64,000 nt of DNA from an uncultured Acidimicrobiia bacterium (GCA_963786955.1 CAWBAT010000005.1:64001-128000), one strand, 5' to 3'; shown: positions 28,399 through 37,870, numbered from the stretch's first letter. Made by a program: numbers and translations. Notes: generated by a model not told the origin, from the sequence alone.

Positions 28399-29607
28399 AT
28401 GGATCGTATTCCTCGGAAGGGAGCCGATGGCTCTTTGAATTACAACGCCGCTCCTCTTCTGCGAGTATTCCGCTCACTGGCGCTCTTTTTATTTTTTTGG
28501 TTGGCCATCGCGGACATCCCAATAGGCCACAATTCCCGAATTCCGTGTCAGGCCGGGGTCAACGACCCCGGCTACAGGAATTGGCCGGGATCAACGACCC
28601 CGGAAACAGTACTTACCATGAACTTATTCAACTTCGTACTAGGTTCTGAACGTCAAACCCCTTTAAGGCGTTTTGAATTTACCGAGCCTATCATGGGAAC
28701 GACTGCTCGAATTGTGCTTTATGCACCGGATGCGCAGTTGGCATTGGAAGCTTCGAGGACCGCCTTCGAAAGAATGGCAGCGTTGGAAAACAGGCTGAGT
28801 GATTATCGTCCTGAGAGCGAATTGAACCAGCTTTGCCACCATGCGTTGGAATCGCCCAAGCCTGTTAGCCCAGACTTGTTCGAGGTTCTGTGGGAAAGTC
28901 AGACTCTCGCAGAAAAAACCGGGGGGGCTTTTGACGTTACCGTGGGCCCAGTCGTTCAGTTGTGGCGTCGGGCTAGAAGGCAAAAAGAATTGCCCACCCC
29001 TGATCGATTGGCAGAAGCCCGGAAACTTGTGGGGTACAAGAAATTACAACTCGACTCACGGTCTCAAACAGCCCATCTTTTAATCCCTGGAATGAAATTG
29101 GATCTGGGTGGGATCGCCAAAGGCTATGCGGCCGACGAGGCGCTAAGAGCCCTTCAGCGTAAAGGGATTGAAATGGCTCTCGTAACCATTGGAGGAGATA
29201 TTGCACTGGGTGCACCCCCGCCGGAGAAATCTGGTTGGCGGGTTGAGATCAACCCCGGCCCAGCGTTCAAAGCGAAACCATTTAAACCCTTGTTGTTGAG
29301 CCATGCAGGGGTTTCTACCTCGGGAGATGCCGAGCAATTTGTTGAGATTTCAGGCAAACGTTATTCCCACATTGTTGACCCCAGAACAGGCATGGCTTTG
29401 TTAGGCAATCGCAGTGTCACCATCGTCGCTTCAAACGCGACCGCCTCAGATGCATTGGCGACCGCGCTCTGCGTGATGGGCCCCAAAGCTGGTCTGCGAT
29501 TCATTCAATCTCAACCACGCGCTGAAGCTCTGTACCTAGAAGTTGTCGATGCGAAAATTAGGGTGTACAAGTCGAAAAATTGGAAAACCTTGAAGACCGA
29601 AGAGTGA
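28399..29607 (+). CDS. apbE: FAD:protein FMN transferase ApbE
   Basis: MGT, GAFDVTVGP, DLGGIAKGYA.D, STSG, HIVDPRTG, ADALATA; start uncertain (alternative ATG 28618). Confidence 0.93.
   Translation: MDRIPRKGADGSLNYNAAPLLRVFRSLALFLFFWLAIADIPIGHNSRIPCQAGVNDPGYRNWPGSTTPETVLTMNLFNFVLGSERQTPLRRFEFTEPIMGTTARIVLYAPDAQLALEASRTAFERMAALENRLSDYRPESELNQLCHHALESPKPVSPDLFEVLWESQTLAEKTGGAFDVTVGPVVQLWRRARRQKELPTPDRLAEARKLVGYKKLQLDSRSQTAHLLIPGMKLDLGGIAKGYAADEALRALQRKGIEMALVTIGGDIALGAPPPEKSGWRVEINPGPAFKAKPFKPLLLSHAGVSTSGDAEQFVEISGKRYSHIVDPRTGMALLGNRSVTIVASNATASDALATALCVMGPKAGLRFIQSQPRAEALYLEVVDAKIRVYKSKNWKTLKTEE
28551..28607. repeat. Tandem REP doublet inside the apbE ORF
   Basis: GGCCGGGGTCAACGACCCCGGCTAC and GGCCGGGATCAACGACCCCGGAAAC; same family as 21741-21765. 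Confidence 0.75.
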
Positions 29608-29644
29608 TCCTTACCAGACTCAGGCTGAGTTGGCTGGAATCTGG

Positions 29645-29812
29645 ACTCTCATTAACCCCTCGATTCATCGAGGGGTCACCAAGTTACCCTGAGTTCTACC
29701 AACCGTTTTAACGGTTCCTTCACCGGACCACTGCAAAAAAAACCGTTAAAACGGTTCGCTAATGACATAAGACGTCGCTTACCCCTCGATGAATCGAGGG
29801 GTTAATGAGAGT
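29645..29812. repeat. 168-bp nested inverted-repeat element
   Basis: Perfect 32-bp outer IR (29645-29676/29781-29812) and perfect 16-bp inner IR (29701-29716/29741-29756), each arm self-palindromic. Confidence 0.9.
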
Positions 29813-30040
29813 GGGTGATGCGACGAGCCCTTTGAAGCGCGCGCATTCTACGTATGACAACGCGACATCCGGGACATCCCCCATGCAACCCTTCAAAGGG
29901 GAATTCTAGTGCGGCAGGTCGAGAGAAATTCAGGTGGAGCGGGCCTGCGCCTTCCACCAATTGCAACGGCGTCGCAGAGTTCCGCCCTCCAGCCACTATG
30001 TTCCGTTGGAGGGTCGAGCTCCTGCGAGACCGAGTTGCCC

Positions 30041-31756
30041 CTACAGTTCACCCTTTCGGATTTGGTCCACTGAATAATTCGCAGCTCGAGCCGTTAGCGC
30101 CATATAAGTTATGGAGGGATTTTGGCAGGCGGATGACACCATGCAAGAACCATCGGTCACGAAAAGGTTTTGGATGTCGTGCGTCTGATTCCATCTGTTC
30201 AGAACAGACTTCTTTGGATCCTCCCCCATCCGGGCGGTCCCCATTTCGTGAATTCCTTTTCCAGGAGGGGCGGGTTTTGATGTCCCAGTAGTCTGAATAT
30301 TCTTAATTCCACAGGCCTCCAGCATCTCTGCAGCCTGTACACGGATATCCTTGTACAATTGAAGTTCGTTCTCAAACCAATCTGCGCTGATGTGCAGAAC
30401 CGGGATGCCCCATTTGTCCACGACATTCTTATTAATCTCTACTTTGTTTTCAAAGTAGGGCAAACATTCACCGAAGCCTGACAGAGAAGCGTACCATTCC
30501 CCTGAATCTGTCATGGCCTCTTTAAATTCCACACCAAACCCCGATGGCATCGGACTATCCAATTCAGGCAGCTGGAACGCCCCTTTAAATCCTGGCCGAT
30601 GGCTCCCACCCTGAAATCCATAGCCTCTCAGAAATTTTGGATGCTTGGTTTTGACATTTTGGAATCGTGGGACATAAATTCCATTGGGGCGTCGCCCAAC
30701 GTCATGATATTTTTCGAGTCCTGGAAAATCTCCTTTGGCCCGCAAACCGTAAAGATGATCCATCAAGTAATGACCCAAGACCCCACTAGAGTTTGCCAGT
30801 CCATTGGGATAGCGGGGATTGGCCGAGTTCAGAAGAATCCGGGTCGATTCGAGTGTCGAGGCACATAAGAAAACCAGTTTCGCTCGGAATCCATATTCTT
30901 GCATCGAGACGCCATCGACCACTTGAGCCCCGGTGACACGGTTGGTGTTTTTGTCATAGGTCAGGCAGCGGACCACACTATAGGGCCGCAAAGTCAGCCG
31001 GCCTGTCGCTTGGGCCGCGGGTAGGGTTGAATTCAGTGTACTGAAGTACGATCGCGTGATGCAGCCTTGCTCGCAGGGACCACAGTAATGACATGGAAGA
31101 CGCCCGTTTAATGGTTCAGTCAAAATGGCTGTTCTGCCAATCGTCAAAATTCGTTCGCCCTTCCAATTATCTCGGATGCGATTGCGAAGCAGCCATTCAC
31201 CACAGCTCATCGCCATGGGTTTCTGAAACCTCCCATCCGGAAGGTGCGGGATGCCCTCTTTCATTCCGCTGATTCCGATGAATGATTCAACATAGTCGTA
31301 CCAGGGTTCAATGTCTTTGTAGCTAATCGGCCATGGAATCTCCCAACCATCCTTCTCATTGGCTTTGAAATCGAGGTCACTCCAGCGGTAGACCTGGCGG
31401 CCCCACATGATGGATCGCCCGCCGACATGTCTTCCGCGGAAGTAGAGATAAGGCTTATCTGCGGGAGTGGTGTAGGGATTCTCTTTGTCCTTTACGAAAA
31501 GATGATGGTTGTATTCACGGCAGGCGTAACACTGCCGTTGAATCGGATAATTCTCCTCCATGAATTTCAGATCTGTAAGTCCACGATACCGCACATCAAA
31601 GGGCATCTTGTGTTCGGAATAGTCAATGTTGGGATCTATGGTGCGCCCCGCTTCGAGCAGCAAAACTTCCAGACCTTTCTCTGTTAGCTCTTTGGCTGCC
31701 CATCCTCCTGTAATGCCAGAGCCGATCACGATTGCATCATAGAGCTTGGTTGCCAT
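30041..31756 (-). CDS. GMC family oxidoreductase (flavoprotein subunit)
   Basis: GSGITGG FAD motif, VGGRS..W, C.YCG.C..GC, HEMGTARMG, NPS.TYMAL. Confidence 0.94.
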   Translation of the reverse strand: MATKLYDAIVIGSGITGGWAAKELTEKGLEVLLLEAGRTIDPNIDYSEHKMPFDVRYRGLTDLKFMEENYPIQRQCYACREYNHHLFVKDKENPYTTPADKPYLYFRGRHVGGRSIMWGRQVYRWSDLDFKANEKDGWEIPWPISYKDIEPWYDYVESFIGISGMKEGIPHLPDGRFQKPMAMSCGEWLLRNRIRDNWKGERILTIGRTAILTEPLNGRLPCHYCGPCEQGCITRSYFSTLNSTLPAAQATGRLTLRPYSVVRCLTYDKNTNRVTGAQVVDGVSMQEYGFRAKLVFLCASTLESTRILLNSANPRYPNGLANSSGVLGHYLMDHLYGLRAKGDFPGLEKYHDVGRRPNGIYVPRFQNVKTKHPKFLRGYGFQGGSHRPGFKGAFQLPELDSPMPSGFGVEFKEAMTDSGEWYASLSGFGECLPYFENKVEINKNVVDKWGIPVLHISADWFENELQLYKDIRVQAAEMLEACGIKNIQTTGTSKPAPPGKGIHEMGTARMGEDPKKSVLNRWNQTHDIQNLFVTDGSCMVSSACQNPSITYMALTARAANYSVDQIRKGEL

Positions 31757-31800
31757 GAAGGTGGACTTCCTTCAACAATGAGATTTGACTGCAACGATTC

Positions 31801-31988
31801 AGGAGCAAGGAACAGGGAGCAAGGATCAAGCAAAAGACGAACGGAGCAGGGACGTACCCTCCTCAAGTCCCCCCTTGTCAGAGGGGGGACTACTGTTGGG
31901 TAAAGAATTACTGGCAAACAACATTTGACGCTTCTGCATTAGTGCTTTGTCCCTATTCCCTGTTCCCTGTTCCTTGTTTCTTGTTTCT
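31801..31988. repeat. Inverted heptamer tandem repeats flanking a C6/G6 hairpin
   Basis: AGGAGCA-AGGAACA-GGGAGCA-AGGATCA ... AGTCCCCCCTTGTCAGAGGGGGGACT ... TCCCTAT-TCCCTGT-TCCCTGT-TCCTTGT-TTCTTGT. Confidence 0.65.
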
Positions 31989-31995
31989 AAGCCCT

Positions 31996-32628
31996 TCAAC
32001 CTTGTCCTTCAGTACCTTGGTGTTCTGGATGCGTACAGCCTTTATAATCAACCCAGCCGTCAAACTTCAATTCCTGTTCGATGCCTTCCTTGGAAGTGTA
32101 ATAGCCCAAAACGGTCAGGATCTTGATGAGTCCAAAGAAATTCTGGCCTGTGACATCTTCCGCGGAATTGACTGCACTGATGCGAGTCAGTACATCTCTT
32201 TGCTGCTCGGGAGGACAGTCAACAAAAGAATGTCCAAAAAGTTCCTGGCTTCGTTTGTCCAGCCAATTCAGGCCTTCGAGGAATTTGGCTTGCTCCGACT
32301 TGGGCCTTGATGCCAGCAAGACGTCAATAAATTCATTCACTCGGGCGGCCTTAGCCCCCGGAGTGTTGCTCTGGGGAAGAATCTGTTCACTGAGTACGAT
32401 GACCGTGGCATTTTGGTGGGGGTCGAAACATAACAGCCCCTGAGAAGCCGCTTCGGCACTCCCCGTGACAGGTAAATGCTTGTGGATCTGCTGTCCTACG
32501 GCGAAGGCCGCCTCCGGGGAAAGCCCATCGAGTAAAGAAAAGGAGGAAACAGCCGCAGCAAAACGCGCAAAGGATTTCAACGCTTGCCGTCGATTGAATG
32601 GTGAACAGTGAACCAGATCCTGCATCAA
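31996..32628 (-). CDS. Gluconate 2-dehydrogenase subunit 3 family (Tat) protein
   Basis: NRRQALK Tat motif, TPGA..A.V..FID, T..GYYTS..G; upstream of the GMC gene. Confidence 0.9.
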   Translation of the reverse strand: MMQDLVHCSPFNRRQALKSFARFAAAVSSFSLLDGLSPEAAFAVGQQIHKHLPVTGSAEAASQGLLCFDPHQNATVIVLSEQILPQSNTPGAKAARVNEFIDVLLASRPKSEQAKFLEGLNWLDKRSQELFGHSFVDCPPEQQRDVLTRISAVNSAEDVTGQNFFGLIKILTVLGYYTSKEGIEQELKFDGWVDYKGCTHPEHQGTEGQG

Positions 32629-32693
32629 TATGCCGCTTTCGGAGTTCCGATCAAAAACACAAAATGAAATGTCTTCATCTCACCTATCAACAC

Positions 32694-32899
32694 GGAGGTG
32701 TGAAAGAATTGGTTTCGGTGTCGCTCTGCGAGAGTCCCCCTTGGTTAAGGGGGACTCTCGGGGGTAAGGTAGGGCGGTCTCGCTGAGACCGCCGACTATA
32801 GTTTCGGCATCGCGGCGCGCACGGCGTGCGCGCCCTACCAGAACGACCGCCCCCTCCTTATCAAGGAGGAGAACCAAAATTGAATTTCATCACACCTTC
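32694..32899. mobile_element. 206-bp MITE-like composite repeat, copy 2
   Basis: Same orientation and length as 6829..7034; ends GGAGGTGTGA...TCACACCTTC. Confidence 0.85.
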
Positions 32900-33136
32900 C
32901 CACTGAAAATTGGGCCACAGATTAACAGATTTCAATCTAAAACCGAATAGATTAGAGGGCCTTCTCGTGCAAAAGACTGTCTGTCGCGGAAACATTTCCC
33001 AGATATTCCAAGATCTTCCGCGGCAGGAATGGGGTGATCCTGGAGGGGGGCATCGAGTATGTGTGGTTGACAACAAAAAGGATGATACTGGATACTGGAA
33101 ACTAGGGAGGGTTCCTAGCTGAAGAAGGCATCCGCA

Positions 33137-36088
33137 ATGACACTCGAAAGATGGGCACCCAGAGCATTATCCTTTTCGAATGCCGTTCTCATCTGCATTT
33201 GTTGGTGCGCCCTTCCTATTGTCGCGTTCCCCGCCCCTCAACCGGTAGTTCAGAACGTCATACAAACTCCGTCAGACTCAGAATCCAAAGGCCTTCCTGA
33301 AGTAAGGAAAGAAGAGACCCAGGAGAATGGCCGGCTGGACGAAGAGAAGCCTGCAGAGGAGGAACTTGAGAAAGCCCTTGAGGAATTTAGAATACAGGCT
33401 GAAAGAGTCAGCTCCTCGAATCTGGAACCCAGTAGCAAGGTAAGCTCGAGAACCAAAGACTATCACGGAAATCTATACGAGTATGTACGCAACGAGGCGT
33501 TTGATGCCCTTCCGCATCAAGTCCGGCAGGCAGGCGAATCCAAATCGGTCCTGCGCAGAAACCAATTCGGCTTCAATTTGTCCGGCCCGCTGTGGATTCC
33601 CAAGCTCCTCAAAAAGCGCGAAAGCACGTTTTTCTCGGTAACCTATGAAGGGACTCGAGAAAAAATTGCCCGATCACGCCTTTTTAATATTTCGACAACC
33701 CAAGAGCAACAGGGTGATTTTAGCGACCTGGTTGACAATGCCGGGGAACCGATCACAATTTATGATCCCGCTACAACCCGGCCAAATCCTCAATTCAACC
33801 CTCAGGAACCCGTCTCGACTACGAATTTGCAGTATCTCCGCGATCCTTTCCCAGGGAACACAATCCCAAAAAATAGGATGGACCCGGTAGCGTTAAACAC
33901 CTTGCCTTACTATCCTTCGCCGAATACAGATGTCGGACCCTTTTTGCGCAACAATTATTTCGTCAATGCAGCTGAGATCAATAAACCCAATGGGATCGTT
34001 CTGAAAATTGATCATAGCCAGGGTCAGAAGCACAAGATGACATTTAGTGCGGGCTCCTCGAGCGGCCTGAGAGAAGCCGCTCCCATCTTTAATAATATTG
34101 CCAATCCAGGAACTCCTCCTCGCTTGATCAGTTCGAGGGAGGCAAGCTTCGTCGAGACATTCAATATCTCTCCCACTCTGATTAATCAGTTCAGCATGAG
34201 TGCCAACTATAATTCCAGGGCCCTAGCAGAAAACACCTCCCAAATCGATTACGCCTCAGAATTGGGATTGACCGGTGTGCAAGCGGGGGCTTTTCCTCGG
34301 TTTGATCTTTCCGATTATGTTTCGATTGGAAGCCAACCCGGCTCACTCGTCCATGACCAAACCGCTGATTACAGCTTCTCGGAGAATTTGAGCATTCGCT
34401 ACAAGAAACATAACTTGAAGTTAAACTTCACATCATTCTGGGGCCAGGTGAATTCGTATTTGCCTGAAAATCCGTCGGGCCAGTTCCAGTTTGATGGCAA
34501 GCTGACCGGATTGCCGGGAATTAATAATACCGGAAATTCCTTTGCCCAGTTTCTTCTAGGTTGGGTAAGCCAAGCAGGACAATCCATTGTGCCTCAGCCA
34601 TCCTATTTTCGATCGAATGAATACCAGCTCATACTCAGCGATGAATATCAGATTACTCCCAACTTCAGTTTAACCGCCACTATTGGACTGCAAATCGATA
34701 CCCCGCGTCGCGAGAAATACGACCAACAGTCCACCATCGACCTTTCCGTTCTCAATCCTGCCAATGATAAACCGGGGGCTCTAGTGTTTGCTGGAATCAA
34801 CGGGGTATCCAACACGTTCTCACACACGCAATACAATTGGGAACCCGCCTTGGGTTTCACATGGAATCCTTGGGGGAGCCGCCGGACAGTGATCCGCGCA
34901 GGTTATTCGTTAAATTATTCTTACTTCCCCCTCTACCCCACGGTATTTGGAACTCTTGGCTTTAACGCTTCGCCTGTCCTGGTTTCACCCAACGATCAAC
35001 TCGCCCCAGCAACAACTCTCCAGGAAGGGTATCCGCAAAACTTCGTTTATCCACCCGACCTGCTCCCTACAGCCGCCAATGGACTGCAAGCTGACTATGT
35101 GGACCCATCAGGAACTCTGCCTTATGAGCAACACTGGAGCTTAGAAGTCGAACGAGACCTGCCGGCGGATTTTGTGGTTAGAGCTGCCTATGACGGACAA
35201 CGAGGGGTCCACCAGTACACGGGGGGTGGTGTTGAGTTGAGCCCTATTGATCCTGTCAACCTCTCCTATCAAGATAGGCTGTATAACCTCCAATTCAACC
35301 TTTCCCTCCGACCATACCCACAATTTCTTTCCCTGACACCAGGTTGGCCTTACCCCATTGGCTCTAGCACGACCCATCGAGGGTTATTCAGGTTTGAGAA
35401 GAGATTTTCTCACGGCTTGAATTTTAGCGGGTCATATACCCTGAGCAAGACGCTGCAAGATGTCTTATGGGGCGCTCACCCCCAGAACTCGCTTGATCTC
35501 AAACCGGAGAAAGCAATTGCTCCGTACGATATTACTCATCAGCTCGCTTTCAACTTCCTTTATGAACTCCCTTTTGGAGAAGGTAGAACCTACGTCACTC
35601 AAGGAGGCTGGATCGGGGAGATCGTCGGCGGATGGAGTCTCAGTGGAGTCACCACCCTCCGTTCAGGAACACCCATCGATCTGGTACCCCTGTTTAATAA
35701 CACCGGCAATGTCACCCAAAGTCTCAGGGTGAACGTCGTTCCGGGGATCTCGGCACATGTTCAGAATCCGACTCCCTCCCAATGGTTCAATGCCGCTGCA
35801 TTTATCCAACCTTCCGACTTCACTCTAGGAGATGGACCCAGAACTCATCCGAGTCTGCGCAACCCTGGTTTTCAAAATCTTGATTTGTCCTTGAACAAAC
35901 GGATCTCAGTCACTGACGACTGGACGATGGAACTCGTTGTCGAAGCCTTCAATGCCTTTAATCATGGAAACTGGAACTACCCGGATCCAGTGATTGGCTC
36001 ACTTGAGAATCCTAATTTGAACGCGGGCCATATCATTGGCTCCACCGGGGGACGGGTTGTGCAAATTGGACTGAGGTTTAGTTTTTAG
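33137..36088 (+). CDS. Oar-like TonB-dependent-receptor-type outer membrane beta-barrel, apparently lacking most of the plug
   Basis: HGNLYEY.RN, RNQFG..LSGP, RDPFPGN.IP, VIRAGY, EAFN.FN, terminal Q.GLRFSF. Confidence 0.85.
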   Translation: MTLERWAPRALSFSNAVLICICWCALPIVAFPAPQPVVQNVIQTPSDSESKGLPEVRKEETQENGRLDEEKPAEEELEKALEEFRIQAERVSSSNLEPSSKVSSRTKDYHGNLYEYVRNEAFDALPHQVRQAGESKSVLRRNQFGFNLSGPLWIPKLLKKRESTFFSVTYEGTREKIARSRLFNISTTQEQQGDFSDLVDNAGEPITIYDPATTRPNPQFNPQEPVSTTNLQYLRDPFPGNTIPKNRMDPVALNTLPYYPSPNTDVGPFLRNNYFVNAAEINKPNGIVLKIDHSQGQKHKMTFSAGSSSGLREAAPIFNNIANPGTPPRLISSREASFVETFNISPTLINQFSMSANYNSRALAENTSQIDYASELGLTGVQAGAFPRFDLSDYVSIGSQPGSLVHDQTADYSFSENLSIRYKKHNLKLNFTSFWGQVNSYLPENPSGQFQFDGKLTGLPGINNTGNSFAQFLLGWVSQAGQSIVPQPSYFRSNEYQLILSDEYQITPNFSLTATIGLQIDTPRREKYDQQSTIDLSVLNPANDKPGALVFAGINGVSNTFSHTQYNWEPALGFTWNPWGSRRTVIRAGYSLNYSYFPLYPTVFGTLGFNASPVLVSPNDQLAPATTLQEGYPQNFVYPPDLLPTAANGLQADYVDPSGTLPYEQHWSLEVERDLPADFVVRAAYDGQRGVHQYTGGGVELSPIDPVNLSYQDRLYNLQFNLSLRPYPQFLSLTPGWPYPIGSSTTHRGLFRFEKRFSHGLNFSGSYTLSKTLQDVLWGAHPQNSLDLKPEKAIAPYDITHQLAFNFLYELPFGEGRTYVTQGGWIGEIVGGWSLSGVTTLRSGTPIDLVPLFNNTGNVTQSLRVNVVPGISAHVQNPTPSQWFNAAAFIQPSDFTLGDGPRTHPSLRNPGFQNLDLSLNKRISVTDDWTMELVVEAFNAFNHGNWNYPDPVIGSLENPNLNAGHIIGSTGGRVVQIGLRFSF

Positions 36089-36100
36089 AACGGAGTTTTT

Positions 36101-37108
36101 TTGGGAATGACCTTCCGACTAAGAAAATGGGGCCTGCCTGCGCGGTATCTTCTCACCGGGCTCTTCGCCCTCATCATGAGTCACGCGATGAATCTTGCTG
36201 CCAAGAAAGTGACCAATGCTTCGGCCTCTTTCCGGCTACCCATATGGATTCATACAAACGGGAACCCTCTTCCTCGAGATCTTTCCGCTAATGAATTCAA
36301 GATCAACCACGGGAAATTGATCATCGAGCCGATTAGCCTCCGAGGCCCCAGGAGCCCTACGATGCTTTTTGTCGCTTTGGACGCCGTAGGCGATGTCGCC
36401 AATATTACGGAAGCTCGCAACGCTGTGATCCATGAAATCCATGAGCTCGGAAGCCAGTATTGGGTGGGACTGATTTCTGCCAACGAGCAGATCACCGTTA
36501 TCCAGGAGCCGACTTCATCTCGGGACCTTTTTTCCGAGAAGCTGGAGCAGTTGAGCCAGATCGGTAAAGCCGGCCTGCTCGACACTCTTCTTCCAGTGGC
36601 GGATTTGGCCGCCAGTGTCTTGCTCAAAAGTGACGTTCGAGTGGCCGTGATTTTTATTACCGATAGCGATATTGGGAATTACAAGACCGACTATTTGAAT
36701 GCCCCTGTCAATGCCAGCGATAGCCGGGATCTCAGCAGACGTTTCGCCGGCAGAGCGTTGCAAGAGAAGATCACCCGGATGAGCAAAGCCATCTCAAAGT
36801 TTCAGGTGCCCATTCTTGTAGTTCACATTGCTCCCGGGGAGGATCCCTTAAATAGGGCTTATCAAAATGGGCTAAAACAGTTGGCAGAAATTGGAGGCGG
36901 GAAATGCCTGTTGTCTAAATCCATCGGGGACATCGCATCAACAATCCACGAGGCCTTTGAATGGGCTCAGAGTTTCTACCTCCTCGGTTTCCGACTGTCG
37001 GCAACCAAAGGGCGTTACGCCGATATCGAAATCACGCTAGCCCCGAAAGACGCTCATACAACGGGCACTTATCGCTTGGTCCATCCCAATAGAATCTACA
37101 TGCCTTAA
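36101..37108 (+). CDS. vWA-like domain exported protein
   Basis: Signal-like N-terminus; LFVALD, VIFITDS, L.QLAE..GG, Y.LGF pattern of acidobacterial VWA proteins with degenerate MIDAS. Confidence 0.6.
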   Translation: MGMTFRLRKWGLPARYLLTGLFALIMSHAMNLAAKKVTNASASFRLPIWIHTNGNPLPRDLSANEFKINHGKLIIEPISLRGPRSPTMLFVALDAVGDVANITEARNAVIHEIHELGSQYWVGLISANEQITVIQEPTSSRDLFSEKLEQLSQIGKAGLLDTLLPVADLAASVLLKSDVRVAVIFITDSDIGNYKTDYLNAPVNASDSRDLSRRFAGRALQEKITRMSKAISKFQVPILVVHIAPGEDPLNRAYQNGLKQLAEIGGGKCLLSKSIGDIASTIHEAFEWAQSFYLLGFRLSATKGRYADIEITLAPKDAHTTGTYRLVHPNRIYMP

Positions 37109-37224
37109 AATAGCCTCCGGCGGCGGAGCGAAGAAAAGACGGTTGTTTTGGAGGAGAAAGCCTAGATTGGACATCCCCTGACATCCCCTTCCAATGGGAA
37201 ATCGAATTGGTTGCGAACGAAAAA

Positions 37225-37724
37225 ATTCCCCCCTTGAGGGGGGTTAGGGGGATGTCCCCAAGGAGAATCGCAGCTCATTTGACAAACGAATCGGTTTAGG
37301 AGCTTCATGCAATATTACGATCCTAAATTGAAGTCTCTCTCACGTGAATTGCGAAATAAGAGTACTCTCGCCGAGGTTCTACTTTGGAACCAGCTCAAGA
37401 GTAGTAAGATGCCGGGATACTCTTTCCAAAGACAAAAGCCCATCTACAAATATATCGTCGATTTCTACTGTCCAAGGTTGGAGCTCGTAATTGAGATTGA
37501 CGGAGAAATCCACGGTGAGCAATTCCTAAAGGACCGTGCGAGAGAGGAGGACTTGGTCCAGTTAGGGATGAGTGTCTTGAGGTTTCCGGATCGCGATGTG
37601 AAAAAAGACATGAGGAATGTTTTGAATTGCATTCAAAATTGGATCGAGCGGCACGAGAAGAAAATTGTTTTGGGCAAGAAAATCAAGAAAGGACATCCCC
37701 CTACACCCCCTTCAAAGGGGGAAT
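37225..37724. mobile_element. Candidate DUF559 mini-element with ~33-bp hairpin-containing terminal inverted repeats
   Basis: Left ATTCCCCCCTTGAGGGGGGTTAGGGGGATGTCC; right GGACATCCCCCTACACCCCCTTCAAAGGGGGAAT; extra degenerate copies at 37169-37202 and 37787-37815. Confidence 0.6.
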
Positions 37725-37726
37725 AG
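37307..37726 (+). CDS. DUF559 (Vsr-like PD-(D/E)xK) endonuclease
   Basis: SRELR..ST.AE..LW..L, F.RQKPI..YIVDFYC, EIDGEIH, D..R...L...G..VLRF. Confidence 0.93.
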   Translation: MQYYDPKLKSLSRELRNKSTLAEVLLWNQLKSSKMPGYSFQRQKPIYKYIVDFYCPRLELVIEIDGEIHGEQFLKDRAREEDLVQLGMSVLRFPDRDVKKDMRNVLNCIQNWIERHEKKIVLGKKIKKGHPPTPPSKGE

Positions 37727-37870
37727 ATTGGTTCACGATCACCCTAGTGGTGGGATCGACTCCCTGGCAATTGGAACTCCCCCCAAGGATATTCCCTCGC
37801 ACCCCCTTGGGAGAGCGTCGCCCAAGGCTGGGAATATGTCACACTTCGTGGTGAGTCTGTAATCGGTTGA

